A stretch of DNA of 62,529 nucleotides from Carcharhinus longimanus (Eukaryota): the NCBI GenBank assembly GCA_030264375.1, contig JASCQW010000162.1:42790411-42852939 (forward strand), in the 5' to 3' direction. Both the position numbers and the translations under genes were made by a program. Below are positions 11,150 through 23,220 of this stretch, piece after piece. The notes beneath the pieces were generated by a model, which saw only the letters and a program-made list of their open reading frames with translations, was not told the origin of the DNA and searched no databases. Every line of letters begins with the position of its first letter. Positions within the stretch are counted from its first letter, which is position 1.

Positions 11150-13175
11150 CTAGAAATCTGAGATATAAAGATTAACATCTGTCGAGAGGGAAACAGTTAA
11201 CATTTTGAGTTGAATATGTTTCTTCTTTGGAGCTGAAGGAAAGTAGAAGTTGTGTTGTATGCCATTGAAAGGCAGGACGGGGAGGAAGAACAAAAGGGAA
11301 TCTCTAGAATAGGGTAGAGAGTGGGAAAGATTGTGTTGAAATGAAACATTGGACCAGAGTGAGTGGGAACCACTTTGGGAAGACTAAATGCAGATTGAAT
11401 GATCACTTTGTGGAGCACCTCCCCACAGTTCACAAGCACAATCTTGACCTTCCAGTCGCTTGACATTTTCATTCACTATCTTGCTCCTGTTTTCACATTT
11501 CTGTCCTCAGCCTGCTACAGTGTCCCAGTGAAATTCGACACAGGCCCAAGAAACAACACCTCAACTGATTGGGCAATTTAAAGCCTCAGGGACTCATCAT
11601 TGAATTCAATCATTTCAGACCGTGAACTGTTCCATCTTTTTGATTCTGTATTTTTCTATGTGCCGATCTTAAATCTTGTTTTTGTGTTTTTGTTTTTGAG
11701 CTGAGCTGTTCACTATTCTACCATTCGCACTCACTCTGGGCAAATGCTTTGGCTGTGATTTTCTGGCCTCACCACGCTTGGTGCAGATCACACCAATCCT
11801 GGGAAGTTGCATGCGGGCCATCATCCCCACTCCCAGAATGTTCCCAACTCCCCAGTGGGAAGTTACATGGGCGTGAATCACTACTCATCCTTTGAAATGT
11901 GGTTCAGGCACCATGGATTGCAAGAGCAACTGAGATGGTGAGTACCACTTAGCACTAACCCCCAGAGTGCAAAAGGGAAAGTTAGCCCTACCGTGACCGG
12001 ATTGGAGTGGGCGGCCTCCAAGGGTGCAGAGCTTAGGGGGGCTCGGGCTGGGCCACCTTGGGCCAGGTGTCACCATTGGGTTGAGGCTTGCGTTGGGGCG
12101 ATATTCTCTCTGTCTGCCAAAATACCATTTTGGGATCTCATGAGGTCAAGATCAAATCCCAATAATGTCGCAGTGGCTTCTCTGCTACCCATCAGATTGA
12201 AAAGCTCTGTGGTTTAATTTTGACATTCCATCCCAGGCCTTACTAACAATGACAAGCACAGGCGTGATAGTCACACCAGAGTGCTTGGAGGCTATTGAAG
12301 GCCCCAGTGATTGGGCACATGGGGTCGAGGGGGGGGGGGGGGGGGGGGTGTGGGTCGGGGGGCCATGTTGGCACTGGTAGGTGGGCCATGCAAGTTGGAC
12401 ACTGNNNNNNNNNNCCCCCCCCCCCCCCCCCCCCCCAGGGGCAGGGGGCCAGGTGGGCACTGGTAGATGGGCACTGCAAGATGGACACTGCCAGGGTGTT
12501 GAGGGCTGTGCCAAATGGGTAGGGCCTGAGTTGGGGTCACAAAGGGTTGGGGCATGACACGAGGGCATATTGAGGGTCATGAAAGGGGACTCTTTAAGAA
12601 GGCACCCAGGCTGGCGATCCAAGTTGTGGAGGAATTGGGGAAAGATGTCACTAATGCCCTGATATCCGTGGGAGAGGGAGGGGTCTCCCAGTGCACTGTG
12701 AGTGAGATCGGGGCACCCTTTCAAAATGGCAACTGGTCACTTTGCGGCCAGGCTAACCAGCATGATTTGGCCCTGTCTCTTCCAGAACCGGCTTGAAAGC
12801 CACAACTCTCCCAAAAAATGACTGAAGTGTGGAACAATTGAGGTCCCTACCATGCCAGTTGGCATGGATCGCTTTGGTTTTCTTGCCCTTACGACACTAA
12901 TTTCTTGGAAAAATTTCACCCTTTGTTTCTTTACTACAACCATCACCACTCCCTTTGTCTTTTATTCCATGATATTTTTGTCATTTATTCCTTCCTGCCC
13001 TCTACCCAATCCCAGCCCTTCCCCTTTTTTTCTTCTTCCCCATCCCCCCTTTAATACATAGAACCATCACATTTCTATCTTCCTACAGTTCTGAGGACTT
13101 AGAATGTTAACTCTGTTTCTCTCTCCACAGATGCTGCTGGACCTGCTAAGTATTTCTAATACTCGCTGTTATTTA
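11150..13175 (+). mobile_element. Penelope-like element remnant (GIY-YIG endonuclease 3' end plus terminal repeat), split by a MITE
   Basis: 11375-11620 reads approximately GKTKCRLNDHFVEHL..DLPVA*HF..EQHL..LG.L.PQGL.IEFNHFR, the Penelope GIY-YIG C-terminus. The pyrimidine-rich tail and family terminus resume at 12850-13175. Confidence 0.75.
11751..12846. mobile_element. GC-rich Harbinger-type non-autonomous element with internal poly-G/poly-C and a tandem unit
   Basis: Abrupt GC-rich insert within the Penelope remnant. The unit ggcactggtag.tggg..tgcaag.tggacactg occurs twice around a gap. Confidence 0.6.
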
Positions 13176-13189
13176 TTTTCCAATCCTTT

Positions 13190-13690
13190 CTTGTTACAAG
13201 CGTGGTTTTGGAGGACTGTTAACATTGCACCATTCTTTAAAAATGGAGGAAGGGATAGTCCAAATAATTACCGGCCATTCAACCTAACTACAGTAGTGGG
13301 CAAATTATTGGAAAACAACATTCTGTGGAATCGTAAAATTCAGCATATAGGAAATCAGAAATTAATCAGCAGCGTTCAATATGAATTTGTTCAGGAAAAG
13401 TATTGCCTGATGAACTGAATTTTTTGAAGAGATAATAAGAGGGGCTGATGAGAGTAATTTATTTGATATCATCTTTATAGATATAGATTTCAGCAAGGCT
13501 TTTTACTAGGTTCCATATGGAAGACTGGACAGAAAAGTAAGAGCCCATGGGATCCAAGGACAAGTGGCAAGTTGGATCCAAATTTGGTTCAGCGGCAAGA
13601 AGTAAAATCAGCAGATTTTGCAACTGGAAAACTGTTTCCAATTGGGTTCTGCAGGGTTCAATACCAGGTCCCTTGCTTTTTGTGGCAGAT
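13190..13690 (+). mobile_element. CR1 LINE RT fragment
   Basis: NIAPFFKNGGRDSPNNYRPFNLTTVVGKLLE, DFSKAF and VLQGSIPGPLLF motifs. Confidence 0.85.
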
Positions 13691-14289
13691 GTTGTCACAA
13701 TGGTGGAGGAAAGAAACCATGCAACTATAAATTAATTTCCCACAATGATAGGCAATAAGTGATGGCCTAGCCAGTGACACATACATTCCATAAATGAATT
13801 TTTTAAAATATTGAACTTTAAGNNNNNNNNNNNNNNNNNNNNNNNNNNNNNNNNNNNNNNNNNNNNNNNNNNNNNNNNNNNNNNNNNNNNNNNNNNNNNN
13901 NNNNNNNNNNNNNNNNNNNNNNAGTATGACAGTTTTATATTTTTAAATGGACACCAACCAAAGATGACTAAATATGTGCAGCAAGCCCCTCATAGCAATT
14001 GCTGCAATGAAAATGGAACCCTTCGCTTTTTTCCAGATGAGGTCCTTCTAAAAGCATCCAGGGACTGATTACCATCTCTGGTAAAGACAAATTCACTTTC
14101 CTTAACCACTTTTAGGCTGTCCAGTCTCCACTAATTGGTGTCAGCAATGGCACATCCAAAGTTCGTGATGAATTCGAACTTAGTGTTGCCTCTAACCCCT
14201 CTGTGATAATGTAATCTCAGTGCACGTGGTTCCCTCACACTGACGGGACCCAGTAATGTTACGGGGAATTCTCTAACTGAACGCAGAAA

Positions 14290-14935
14290 GATGTCAATGA
14301 ATATTTAATTGGATAGAAAAATGGCCAATGGAATCCGATTCAGAAAAATGGAAGGTAAAGAATTTGAGGAGTGCAAGATAGGGGAATACATAATAAATGG
14401 TGGAATACTGAGAAGAATAGAGGAATAGAGTGACCTTGAACTGTATGCCCACAGATCCCTGCAGGTCAGGTAGGTAAGGTGGTTAAGAAGGGAAATGGGA
14501 TATTTTCCTTTATACTAGAATATTAGAGCACGGAATTATACTAGGTTGTATAGAACACTAATTTAAGTCACAACAGAAGAGACTGAGAGGAGTTTTTATT
14601 GACATGCAGTAGGTTATGAGAAGCCTGGATAGAATGGATAGGAAGGATTTATTTTCCATAGCAGACAGCTGAATAACTGGGGCATAGATTTAAATGAATT
14701 AGCAAAAGGATTGAACGGGAGTTGAAGAGACCATTTTTTCACCCAGAGAGTGATGTGGGGCTGGAACTCTCGAGTCAAATGGGTCGTTGTGGGGGTGGTG
14801 GGCGGAGGATGCAGTGTTAGATGTAGAAACCCTCATTGCATTTAAAAAGTATTTGAGTATGCATTCGAAGTTCCATAATCTACATGGCTATGATCCAAGA
14901 GCCGGAAGGTTGGATTAGGCTGAAGAGCTATTTTT
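14290..14935 (+). mobile_element. CR1 LINE 3' fragment
   Basis: Degenerate KWPMES..YIINGGIL..DL and ttttttcacccagagagtg..ctggaactc 3' motifs. Confidence 0.7.
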
Positions 14936-15319
14936 TGACATAATGTGACATAACTTTTCTGCATTTGTATGAAAATGGGACCAGATTTTATCTAACCTGA
15001 AACATGCTGCTCTGCTGCAAATTGCACTTCATTTTTTTCTTTTCAAATTTACAATGAAACTTGAGCCACTGTACACTTGCTTACGGAATTCTTTTTTGCA
15101 ATAAATGAAATTCTGCACCACACAAGTTACAGTCAATGACCATCTCCAACAAAAGGGAATCAAGGGATTGGGTTTTCCTGGCCTGCCAGTGGGGGCATCA
15201 TCATGGGTGGAACAGAAAGACTTGGAGAGAAATTTACTAACTTTGGTTGCTCTGCAAATGTTCTTGCCCCACCCGTGACATGCCAACTCCTGCCGGGACT
15301 GGAAAATCCTGGTTAGAAA

Positions 15320-15605
15320 TCTCCCCTTGATGTTCAACAGCATTGTCATCACTGAATCCCCCAACCTCAACTTAATTGGACCAGCCGGTGCAGTGGCCAC
15401 AGGAGCAGGTCAGGTGTGGGATATTCTGCAATGGGTAACTCATCTCCTGACTCCCCAAAGTCTGATTATCATGAACAAGATATAAGTCAGGAGTGTGATG
15501 GAATACCATTCAATTGCCTGGATGTGTACTGCTCCAACAACACTCAAGAAGCTCAACATCATCCAGTAAAGCAGGCCACTTGATTGGCACCATATCCACC
15601 ACATT
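15320..15605 (+). mobile_element. Fragment of the CR1/L2-group LINE family also at 20600-21800
   Basis: Shares caag..aagtcaggagtgtgatggaatac..ctggatg..ctccaacaa..caagaagct with 21380-21460. Confidence 0.6.
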
Positions 15606-16535
15606 GAGAATTCCATGATAACCCATGCACAATAACGAATGACGATACATAAATCATTTATCTTTGATAGGTTGCACAAGGACCAAATGGTAGAATTCTC
15701 ATAATGCTTGCTGCTGTTTTCACTCGCCTGTTTGCTAGCTTTTGCCACAGTATCAGTAGTTCCAGACTGGTTTCACACTGAATTGATCTCCCTCCCTAGA
15801 CTTTGTGACCTACTTTTTTTCTCCAGGTGCATATCAGGTTTTCACACAGTTTTTTTTCCAACATCAAAAATCTTGAGTTTAATGAGCAGCAGAGATGCTG
15901 GAAGCCAAGGTCAGATTTAAAAAAAAATGCTCCAGGGCCTTTGCCTTGGAAATCCTTGGAAACACCAACAAGATGGGAGTCCAAGCTGACTTCTTTTTTA
16001 AATTAAATATAGAGTGTTATGTCAAATGACTGTTCAGGGTTAAAGTCAGTTTAAGATCGCAGTGTGTCCTTTTCAAACAAGTAGCCAAGATAAGAAAGCA
16101 AAAGACATCCTTGTTCTCTTTGGCAGAATGCCTCAAATTTATTGCTGTCTCTTGCTTTCTCATCTTCAATTCATCATCCATTATTCACCAAACCATTTGT
16201 TCTCTAGAGTGCCTCTTGAGTTCACAACCATTTCTGTTTCTTGTCCATTTACCTTCCCATATTTGAGGTTCTTTTTGCAATCTTCCAACATTGAAGATTC
16301 CCATCTCTCAAATAACCAAAATTATTCAATTTCCCACAATGATCATCAAAGCCTGGAATATTTTGGAAGTAATCTATGCAATTCCTGCCAATTTCTAAAT
16401 TACAGTCCAAGTGACTATCTCCAGCATACAATTCCTGAGAAAGGGTATCAATCTATTTATTGTGAATTAGCACACATGGAAAATGATGCACTACCAGTAG
16501 GGTTGCATTCCTTTGTTTGGTCTCCTGGAAAGCTT

Positions 16536-16763
16536 AAAGTTTATTTATTAATGTCACAAGTAGGCCTATATTAACGCTGCAATGAAGTTACTGTAAAAAT
16601 CCCCTAGCTGCCGTGCTTCAATGCCTGCTCAGGTACGCTGAGGGACAATTTAGCATGGCCAGTGCACCTAACCAGCACATCTTTTAGACTGTGGGAGGAA
16701 ACCAGAGCACCAAGAGGAAACCCACACAGACATGGGGAGAATGTGCAGACACCACTCAGACAG
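16536..16763 (-). mobile_element. tRNA-derived V-SINE with tail type B
   Basis: The minus strand reads ctgtctg..gtctgcacattctccccatgtctgtgtgggtttcc..tgctaaattgtccctcag..ttcattgcagcgttaa..acttgtgacattaataaataaac. The 5' end runs into an N gap. Confidence 0.85.
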
Positions 16764-17899
16764 NNNNNNNNNNNNNNNNNNNNNNNNNNNNNNNNNNNNN
16801 NNNNNNNNNNNNNNNNNNNNNNNNNNNNNNNNNNNNNNNNNNNNNNNNGGGGGGTGCAGGGGGATGGAATTTCTACCATATTTTCTTAAATATCTACATT
16901 TTAATTTTTTTATATCTCCCAGCAGAGTGTTTGAATTGGTGGTAGTAAATTGAATTAGGTCAAGATGTGCTTTTAGTTAATGGATCACTTGGTTCTTTCT
17001 ATTTTATATGACCATTTGTACCAGGTTGAGGAGTTGAGTAAATAAAATTACTGAAACGCTTCAAGGTTTGCCTGCAGAATGTGGCCTTTTGTACTTCAAT
17101 GATGTTTCAATCATCAGATACGTGAGAGTAAAAACTTTTATTTAGACAAAATCTACTGTTAACTTGATGTGGCACGCAATGGGGAGGATAAACTTCTCTG
17201 TCCTCAGCAAGCTATACCATTATGACAACCAGCAGAATTTAAACTGGTCCAGACGCATAGCTAAGCTGCAGTTGACATTTCTACCTTCAACAATGAAGTC
17301 CTTGCCCTTCCTTTGAACTCAAAGAAAGGCTGTCCCTGACAGTATCAAGTTAAGGATTCAGTAGCAATAAGTGTCATTCTTTAAAGCAGAATTCAGCATT
17401 ATAGTTGTCAAGGCTGAACCTCTCAAATCCTTACATGTCATTTAAAAATATGATTGAAGGGTCAGCTTCTCTCACCACTACCCCGCACCCCCATCCTCCA
17501 TAACTTTAGCCTTAAACTCTTGTAGGATAGAAAAAAATAGTAGGGGATATAGCTTTCTAGTTCAACTTTTTAAAATTGATGTTCGAGAATAAATCCTGAT
17601 GTACCTTATCAGAGCGGAAGGAAGCATAACCCCTGCCCTATGATTATAATGTATATTGAAACCAAACCAATGCATCATAATTTGCAACCTCAAGAGGTGA
17701 GAGGGGCAGTGGGAGGAAGAAAGATATTATTTAGAAGGAAAAACGTTAACAAAATATGCAGATAATTATAAAGAGTAAAAATACATTTTACTGCTTTATA
17801 CAAAAATAATAATCACTACGAGTCTATTTCTCTTGATATTACTGAAGCTGAAAGGGTTCAGAAAGGAACTATGCAATTTCCAGATAGTATAACTATAAC

Positions 17900-18285
17900 T
17901 ACTATAGGAAAACTACTGAGAAAATTGTTAGAATTTGAAATGAAAAAGATTCCCAGCCCTGATGGCATGCATCCTAGAATGCTGAGAGACGTAGCAGAAA
18001 TGCAGAAACTCTAGTCAGATCTTAACAAGCATTCTTAGGATTTATCATTGCTCTGGAAGGTCATTAATATAGCTCCTTGTCCAAAAAGGGAGAAAGACCA
18101 AGTAACTATTGATGAGTCCAAAGATTTGTGGATTAGGTTGATTATCCATGCTAAATTGACCCTCGTGTTGGGGGATGAGAAGGATAAATACGTGGGCTTA
18201 CGGGAATAGGGCCTGGATGGGATTGTGGTCGGGGCAGACTCGATGAGCCAAATGGCCTCCTGTGCACTGTAGGGATTCTATGAGT
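17900..18285 (+). mobile_element. CR1 fragment with an inserted HE1-type SINE 3' half (18116-18282)
   Basis: The CR1 motif KIPSPDGMHPRMLRDVA is present. The SINE tail reads gggattgtggtcggggcagactcgatg..cactgtagggattctatg. Confidence 0.7.
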
Positions 18286-18304
18286 CCATTTAACATTGGA
18301 AATA

Positions 18305-18627
18305 CTGCAGATGTCAACCTCAAAAAACCTCAGAAAATAGGGGTTGCTTTATACACCAAGTATTAAAGTGAACCACTGGTATGGGTTAGGGTGCATCTTT
18401 AAAGTTTGCCACATGGAGTTTGGCTTTTTTTGTGGGAACATCTTAACATAGCCTATATTGCCCCCCTTGCATCCAGTTTTAAGGCACTGGCAAGTAAAAC
18501 ATCCATTTATGGGGTGCAAAATTGAGGCTGGCACCTAAAATGAGTACAGCATAATGTGATTGAAAAGGGTGAGTGGGGGTGGGGAGGGGGGGTGGTAGAG
18601 GTTGACTTATGCACTGAGTATATAAGA
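18305..18627. mobile_element. Non-autonomous pogo/Tigger-like element remnant
   Basis: Ends in ggttgacttatgcactgagtatataag, similar to the pogo terminus at about 55535-55563 in this window. Confidence 0.4.
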
Positions 18628-18992
18628 AAGCATGATTTTTGGGGCTGAAATATTTGCTGTGATCTATGCTAGGTGAGATTTTGGACCCCATAATGCTCTA
18701 TCAGAAAAATCTTGGGTGTGACAACATATTGTTATGGTAGCGAACTAATGATCTGGCGACATCAGTTCAAATCCCACCATGGTACCTAGGGAATTTAAGT
18801 TCAATTAATTAGATAAATAATAGAATCCCAGAATTGTAATGACACAGAAGGAGGCAATTGCATCTATACCAACTCTCTAAGTGCGCAACTCACTAATACC
18901 AGTCCCTCATCTTCCCTCTGTAGTCCTGCATATTCTTTCTTTTCAGATAACAATCTAATTTCCTTTTGAATGCTTCAACTTTTTTTTGCACC

Positions 18993-19600
18993 ACAACAAC
19001 TTACACTCATATGGTATATCTGACATAATAAAAACAGCCCAAGGTGCTTCACAAAGCATTATAAAACAAAACATCACATTGAGTCACATGAGGAGATATT
19101 AGGTCAGATAATCTAAATGCTTGGTCAAAGAGGTGGGTTTAATGGAATGTCTTAAAGGAGGAAGGCGAGGTGGAGGGAGGTATTCCAGAGTTTAGAGCCG
19201 AAACAACAAAAAGCATGACGGTTGATTGTGAAAATCAAAGATGCTAAAGAGGCCATAATTATAGGATTGCAGATTTTTCAGGCGACTATGGACTGGAGGA
19301 GATGCAGAGATACAGAGGGGTGAGGCCATAGAGGAATTTGAAAGCAAGCATGAGGATTTTAAAATCAAGATGTTGTTTGACTAGGCGTCAAATGTATAGG
19401 TCTGTGAGCACAGGGATGATAGAAGAATGGAACTTGGTGTGAGTTAAGCAGAGCTTTGGATGACTTCAAGGTTACAAATGGAAGAATGTGGAAGACCAGC
19501 CAGAAATAGGCAAGCCTAAAGGCAAAAAAGGCATGGATGAGGGTTTCAACAGCAGATGAGTTGAGAGAGGGGCAAAGCCAAACTAATGCTGATGTTGTGT
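18993..19600 (-). mobile_element. L2 LINE 3' fragment
   Basis: Minus frame PSLNSSAVETLIHAF..RL.Y is the L2 RT C-terminus. A typical L2 3' end lies near 19000. Confidence 0.75.
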
Positions 19601-20599
19601 GCTGCGTACATGTTGATGCCAACCTCTGATTCTGGTGCTGGTTGCTAAGACTGGCTCTTTCCAATCCTTAAAGAACAAGTAATACTTTGTGAAAATTGGT
19701 TGTGCATAACAGGAAGGGGAAACTAACTATGAATTTTTGTTTCCTAAATCAAGGCAGCTGACAGATTGGGAAGAGGGTTTCTTGAGGGAGAACTTACAAT
19801 TTAATTGCAATTAACTTCTGTTCTTCATTTTTGGTTCAGAAAAAGGGAGGAGTGGGGTGGCAGATAGCTGAGAATCAAATCAAAGAATGGAGCGGGCATC
19901 AATTGGATTAATAACTTTTCCTCATACTGGATCCATAGCATAAAACAATGGCATATTGTAACATTAAATAATCAGTGTGTTTATGTAAAAAAATATAGTT
20001 TTATCACCTTGCAAAATCAAAAGCTCAGTTAGTCACACTTTAATCTTTTAATCCCAACAGCACTCATTACAGTCAGTTGGGAAATGTAGACTTCCTCTAC
20101 ATTGAGACACAGCATTGATTGCTTAGATAGATACGGCTAGATTCTCTATCTTTTATCAATAAGTCAAATCACCCAGATGATTTTTGCTGTTATTTTGTCT
20201 GGATAGGTTAAGTTGAATTGCTTTGAAATGAATGTCTCAACGTGGTGTATAGAAATAGGTTAGTGACTGGTAATCCTCATTTCAATTGACTGCTGTGCAT
20301 ATTTTCAGGATTATCCTTTCTCCAACTGTCAACACTAGAAACTGTTCAACAGCAGTAATGTTTCTAGGTATGCAGTTGCATCTGTTGGAAACATTAATAA
20401 CATCAAAGAAATTACAATAAGTAAAGGTTGGTATTGAAGAACAATTAGAACTTGTATATCACAGAATATATTTGGAAGAATTAGCAGATTTTGTTGTCAC
20501 CCTTACTCCAGCTAAATTCTTCCAGCGTATTTACATGGAGCCATGAAAGAGGATAAAGAAATGGCATTTGGTTCTAGAAGTGTTGGAAAATAATAACAA

Positions 20600-21800
20600 A
20601 TTCATTGTGGTGAGGTGAGACTGCCCTCGACATCAAGGCAACATTTGACCAAAGGTGACATCAAGGAGCCCCAGCAAAACTGGAGTCAGTGGGAATCAGG
20701 GGAAACGCGCCACTGGTTGGAGTCATATCTGGCACGAAGGAAGATGGTTGTTGGAGGCCAATCATCTCAATTCCAGGATATCACTGTAGGAGTTCCTCTG
20801 GCTACTTCATCAATGACCTTCCTTCCATCCTAAGGTCAGAATTGGGGATGTTTGCCAATGACTGCACAATGTTCAGCATCATTCATGACTCCACAGACAC
20901 AGAAGCATTCCATGTCCAAATGCAACAAGACCTGGACAATATCCAGTTTTGGGTTGACATGCAACAAGGAATGTTCATGCCACACAAGTGTCAAGCAATG
21001 ACCATCTCCAATGAGAGAAAGTCTAACCATCCCCCTCTTGACATTGTTTGACATAGCTGTGACTGTAACACTATATTCTGCACTCTCTCATTTCCTTCTC
21101 TATGAATGGTATGCTTTGTCTGTATAGTGCACAAGGAACAATACTTTTCACTGTATGCTAATACACGTGACAACAATAAATCAAATTAAATCAAAATCAT
21201 ATCATTCAATGACAATACCATCACTGAATTCCCCCACTATCAATATCCTGGGGGTTACCATTGACCAGAAACTCAACTGGACTAGCCATACAAATACAAT
21301 GGCTAACAGAGCAAGTCAGAGGCTAGGAATCATGAGGTGAATAACTCACCTCCTGACACCTGTACTGTCTACCATTTACAAGGCACAAGTCAGGAGTGTG
21401 ATGGAATACTGCCCACATGTCTGGATGAGTGGAATTCCAACAATACCCAAGAAGCTTGACAACATTAAGGTCAAAGCAACCCACAAATATTCACTCCCTC
21501 CATCACTGATGCACAGTAGCAGCAGTGAACTAACATACAAGATGCACTGCAGGAACTTAACAAGAATCCTTAGACAGCAGCTTCCAAATCCACAAACTCC
21601 ACCATCCAGAAGGACAAGGACAGCAGATGCATGGAAATACCACCACCTGGAATTTCCCGAACAAGCTGCTCTCCATCCAGACTTGGAAATATATAATCAT
21701 TCCTTCACTATTGCCAAGTCAAAATCCAGGGTACCTACACCACATGGGTTTCAGTAGTTCAGAAGGCAGCTCACTACCACTTTCTCAAAGGCAATCCCAA
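20600..21800 (+). mobile_element. CR1/L2-group LINE RT 3' half, interrupted by a Rex1 tail (21053-21196)
   Basis: FINDLPS..MFANDCT..QQDLDNI..HKCQAMTIS and ILGVTIDQKLNWTSH motifs, frameshifted. Confidence 0.8.
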
Positions 21801-22641
21801 GAATGATTTTTTAAAAATACACAGCGTGGTTCCCATCAGTCCCTTTGCATTCCTCTGGGAGAAGAGGAAAACCCTTATGCCAATTTGAGGAAAACTGAGG
21901 AAATTCTCCTGTAATCAGTCACATTGGTGGTTGTGAGACCCTAAAGAAGTAACAAATGAAGACTTACTGTTAAGGCTTCTGAATGTGAATATAATTTTGT
22001 GAATGTAATTTCACTTGGTCATATTAGCTACACTTAGGTTCCCCCTTTAATACCTGAACTGAACCTACACTTGCTACATCTGCCCGCAACTTGTCCCACA
22101 GGACAAAGGCTCACTATAAAATAAAGTATCTTTTGACATCTAACCTAATTTTTGCTTATGCAATTTATGTTCATGCCCCCTAATCCTTGCTGACTTATTT
22201 GTCTCAAATCCCCTAATGATACAGACTTGCAGTGCTTCAAATCTTCTCAAAGTTTTGCATAGAAAATCTCAGCTCTCTAAACCTATTATGGCAACTAAAG
22301 GATTTGAAACAAGGTATCAATCTAGGTGGGTTTCCTTTGAAACTTAGCGTTGCTTCTACATCACCAACCATGTCAAGGGACTAAAAGCGGACAGAGTATT
22401 CTGAATAAAACCTAATTAAGAATTCACAAAGGTAATGTAGTAATTCTTGTTGCGTATTTAGTATCGTTTTGTTTTATCATCCTAGTAATACATCATAACA
22501 CTTTTTTTTTGTAACATGTACCTTCAATGATTTGTGCACTATAAGCAACCTTCAACATGCAATCCTGGATAGTGTACTCATATATTTGCACTACCCACAC
22601 AAATAACACTACATTTACTTTCATTCAATGACATATGTCAT

Positions 22642-22760
22642 GTGTCTGAGGCCAGAACTCTCCATTCACCTGACGAAGAGGCAGTCCCCTCGAAAGCTTG
22701 TGAGTATTATCAAATAAATCGGTTGGACTAAAACCTGGTGTTGTCAGACTTTTTACTGTG
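22642..22760 (+). mobile_element. Penelope-like terminus with the best-preserved minimal hammerhead ribozyme (22666-22703)
   Basis: TCAC-CTGACGA-A-GAGG-cagtcc-CCTC-GAAA-GCTT-GTGA. Near-identical to the minus-strand copy at 62408-62525. Confidence 0.8.
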
Positions 22761-22850
22761 TGAACTCTTTCCGCCATCACATTTGGATGCCTATAATCCA
22801 GCATGAAAGATTACTATGAAAAGGTATTCTTCAGAGCATCAGTCAGCAGA

Positions 22851-23220
22851 GGTATGTTACTGGCATGTGTTGGACATCTTAGGGTGTTAAGAGTTAATAA
22901 TTAAATTGTTTTGTACAACAGAGCATCAGACTTTCTGATATAAACAGAATAAGCTTTGTAGTGTTGTGTGAAAAAATCTTGCAATTGCAGAGTACAACTG
23001 AAATAGTATGAACCATGGGTGATTAAAGTCTAACATTTCAGTCGCATTTTTCCTTACAGAAGCACTTAACAAATATAAGAAATAGACAGCAAGATTTCTT
23101 CACACAACATTGCAAAGCTTATTCTGTTTATATCAGAAAGTCTGATGCTCAGTGGTGCAAAGAAATTTAATTATTAACTCTTAATTCCCTAAGATGTCCC
23201 ACACATGCCAATAACATGTC
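22851..23220. repeat. Long inverted repeat with arms of about 132 bp (22851-22982 and 23089-23220) and a 106-bp spacer
   Basis: gagcatcagactttctgatataaacagaataagctttg is the exact reverse complement of caaagcttattctgtttatatcagaaagtctgatgctc. Similarity extends both ways with scattered mismatches. Confidence 0.93.

Noticed and set aside
16062-16574. 170-aa plus-strand ORF
   Set aside because: No recognisable domain or splice context. The minus strand has only a faint, unconfirmed resemblance to a decayed RTE-type LINE.
23110-23150. Resemblance to miR-21 (agcttat..atcaga..ctgatg)
   Set aside because: The match is interrupted and does not reproduce the mature miRNA. It is part of the larger inverted repeat.
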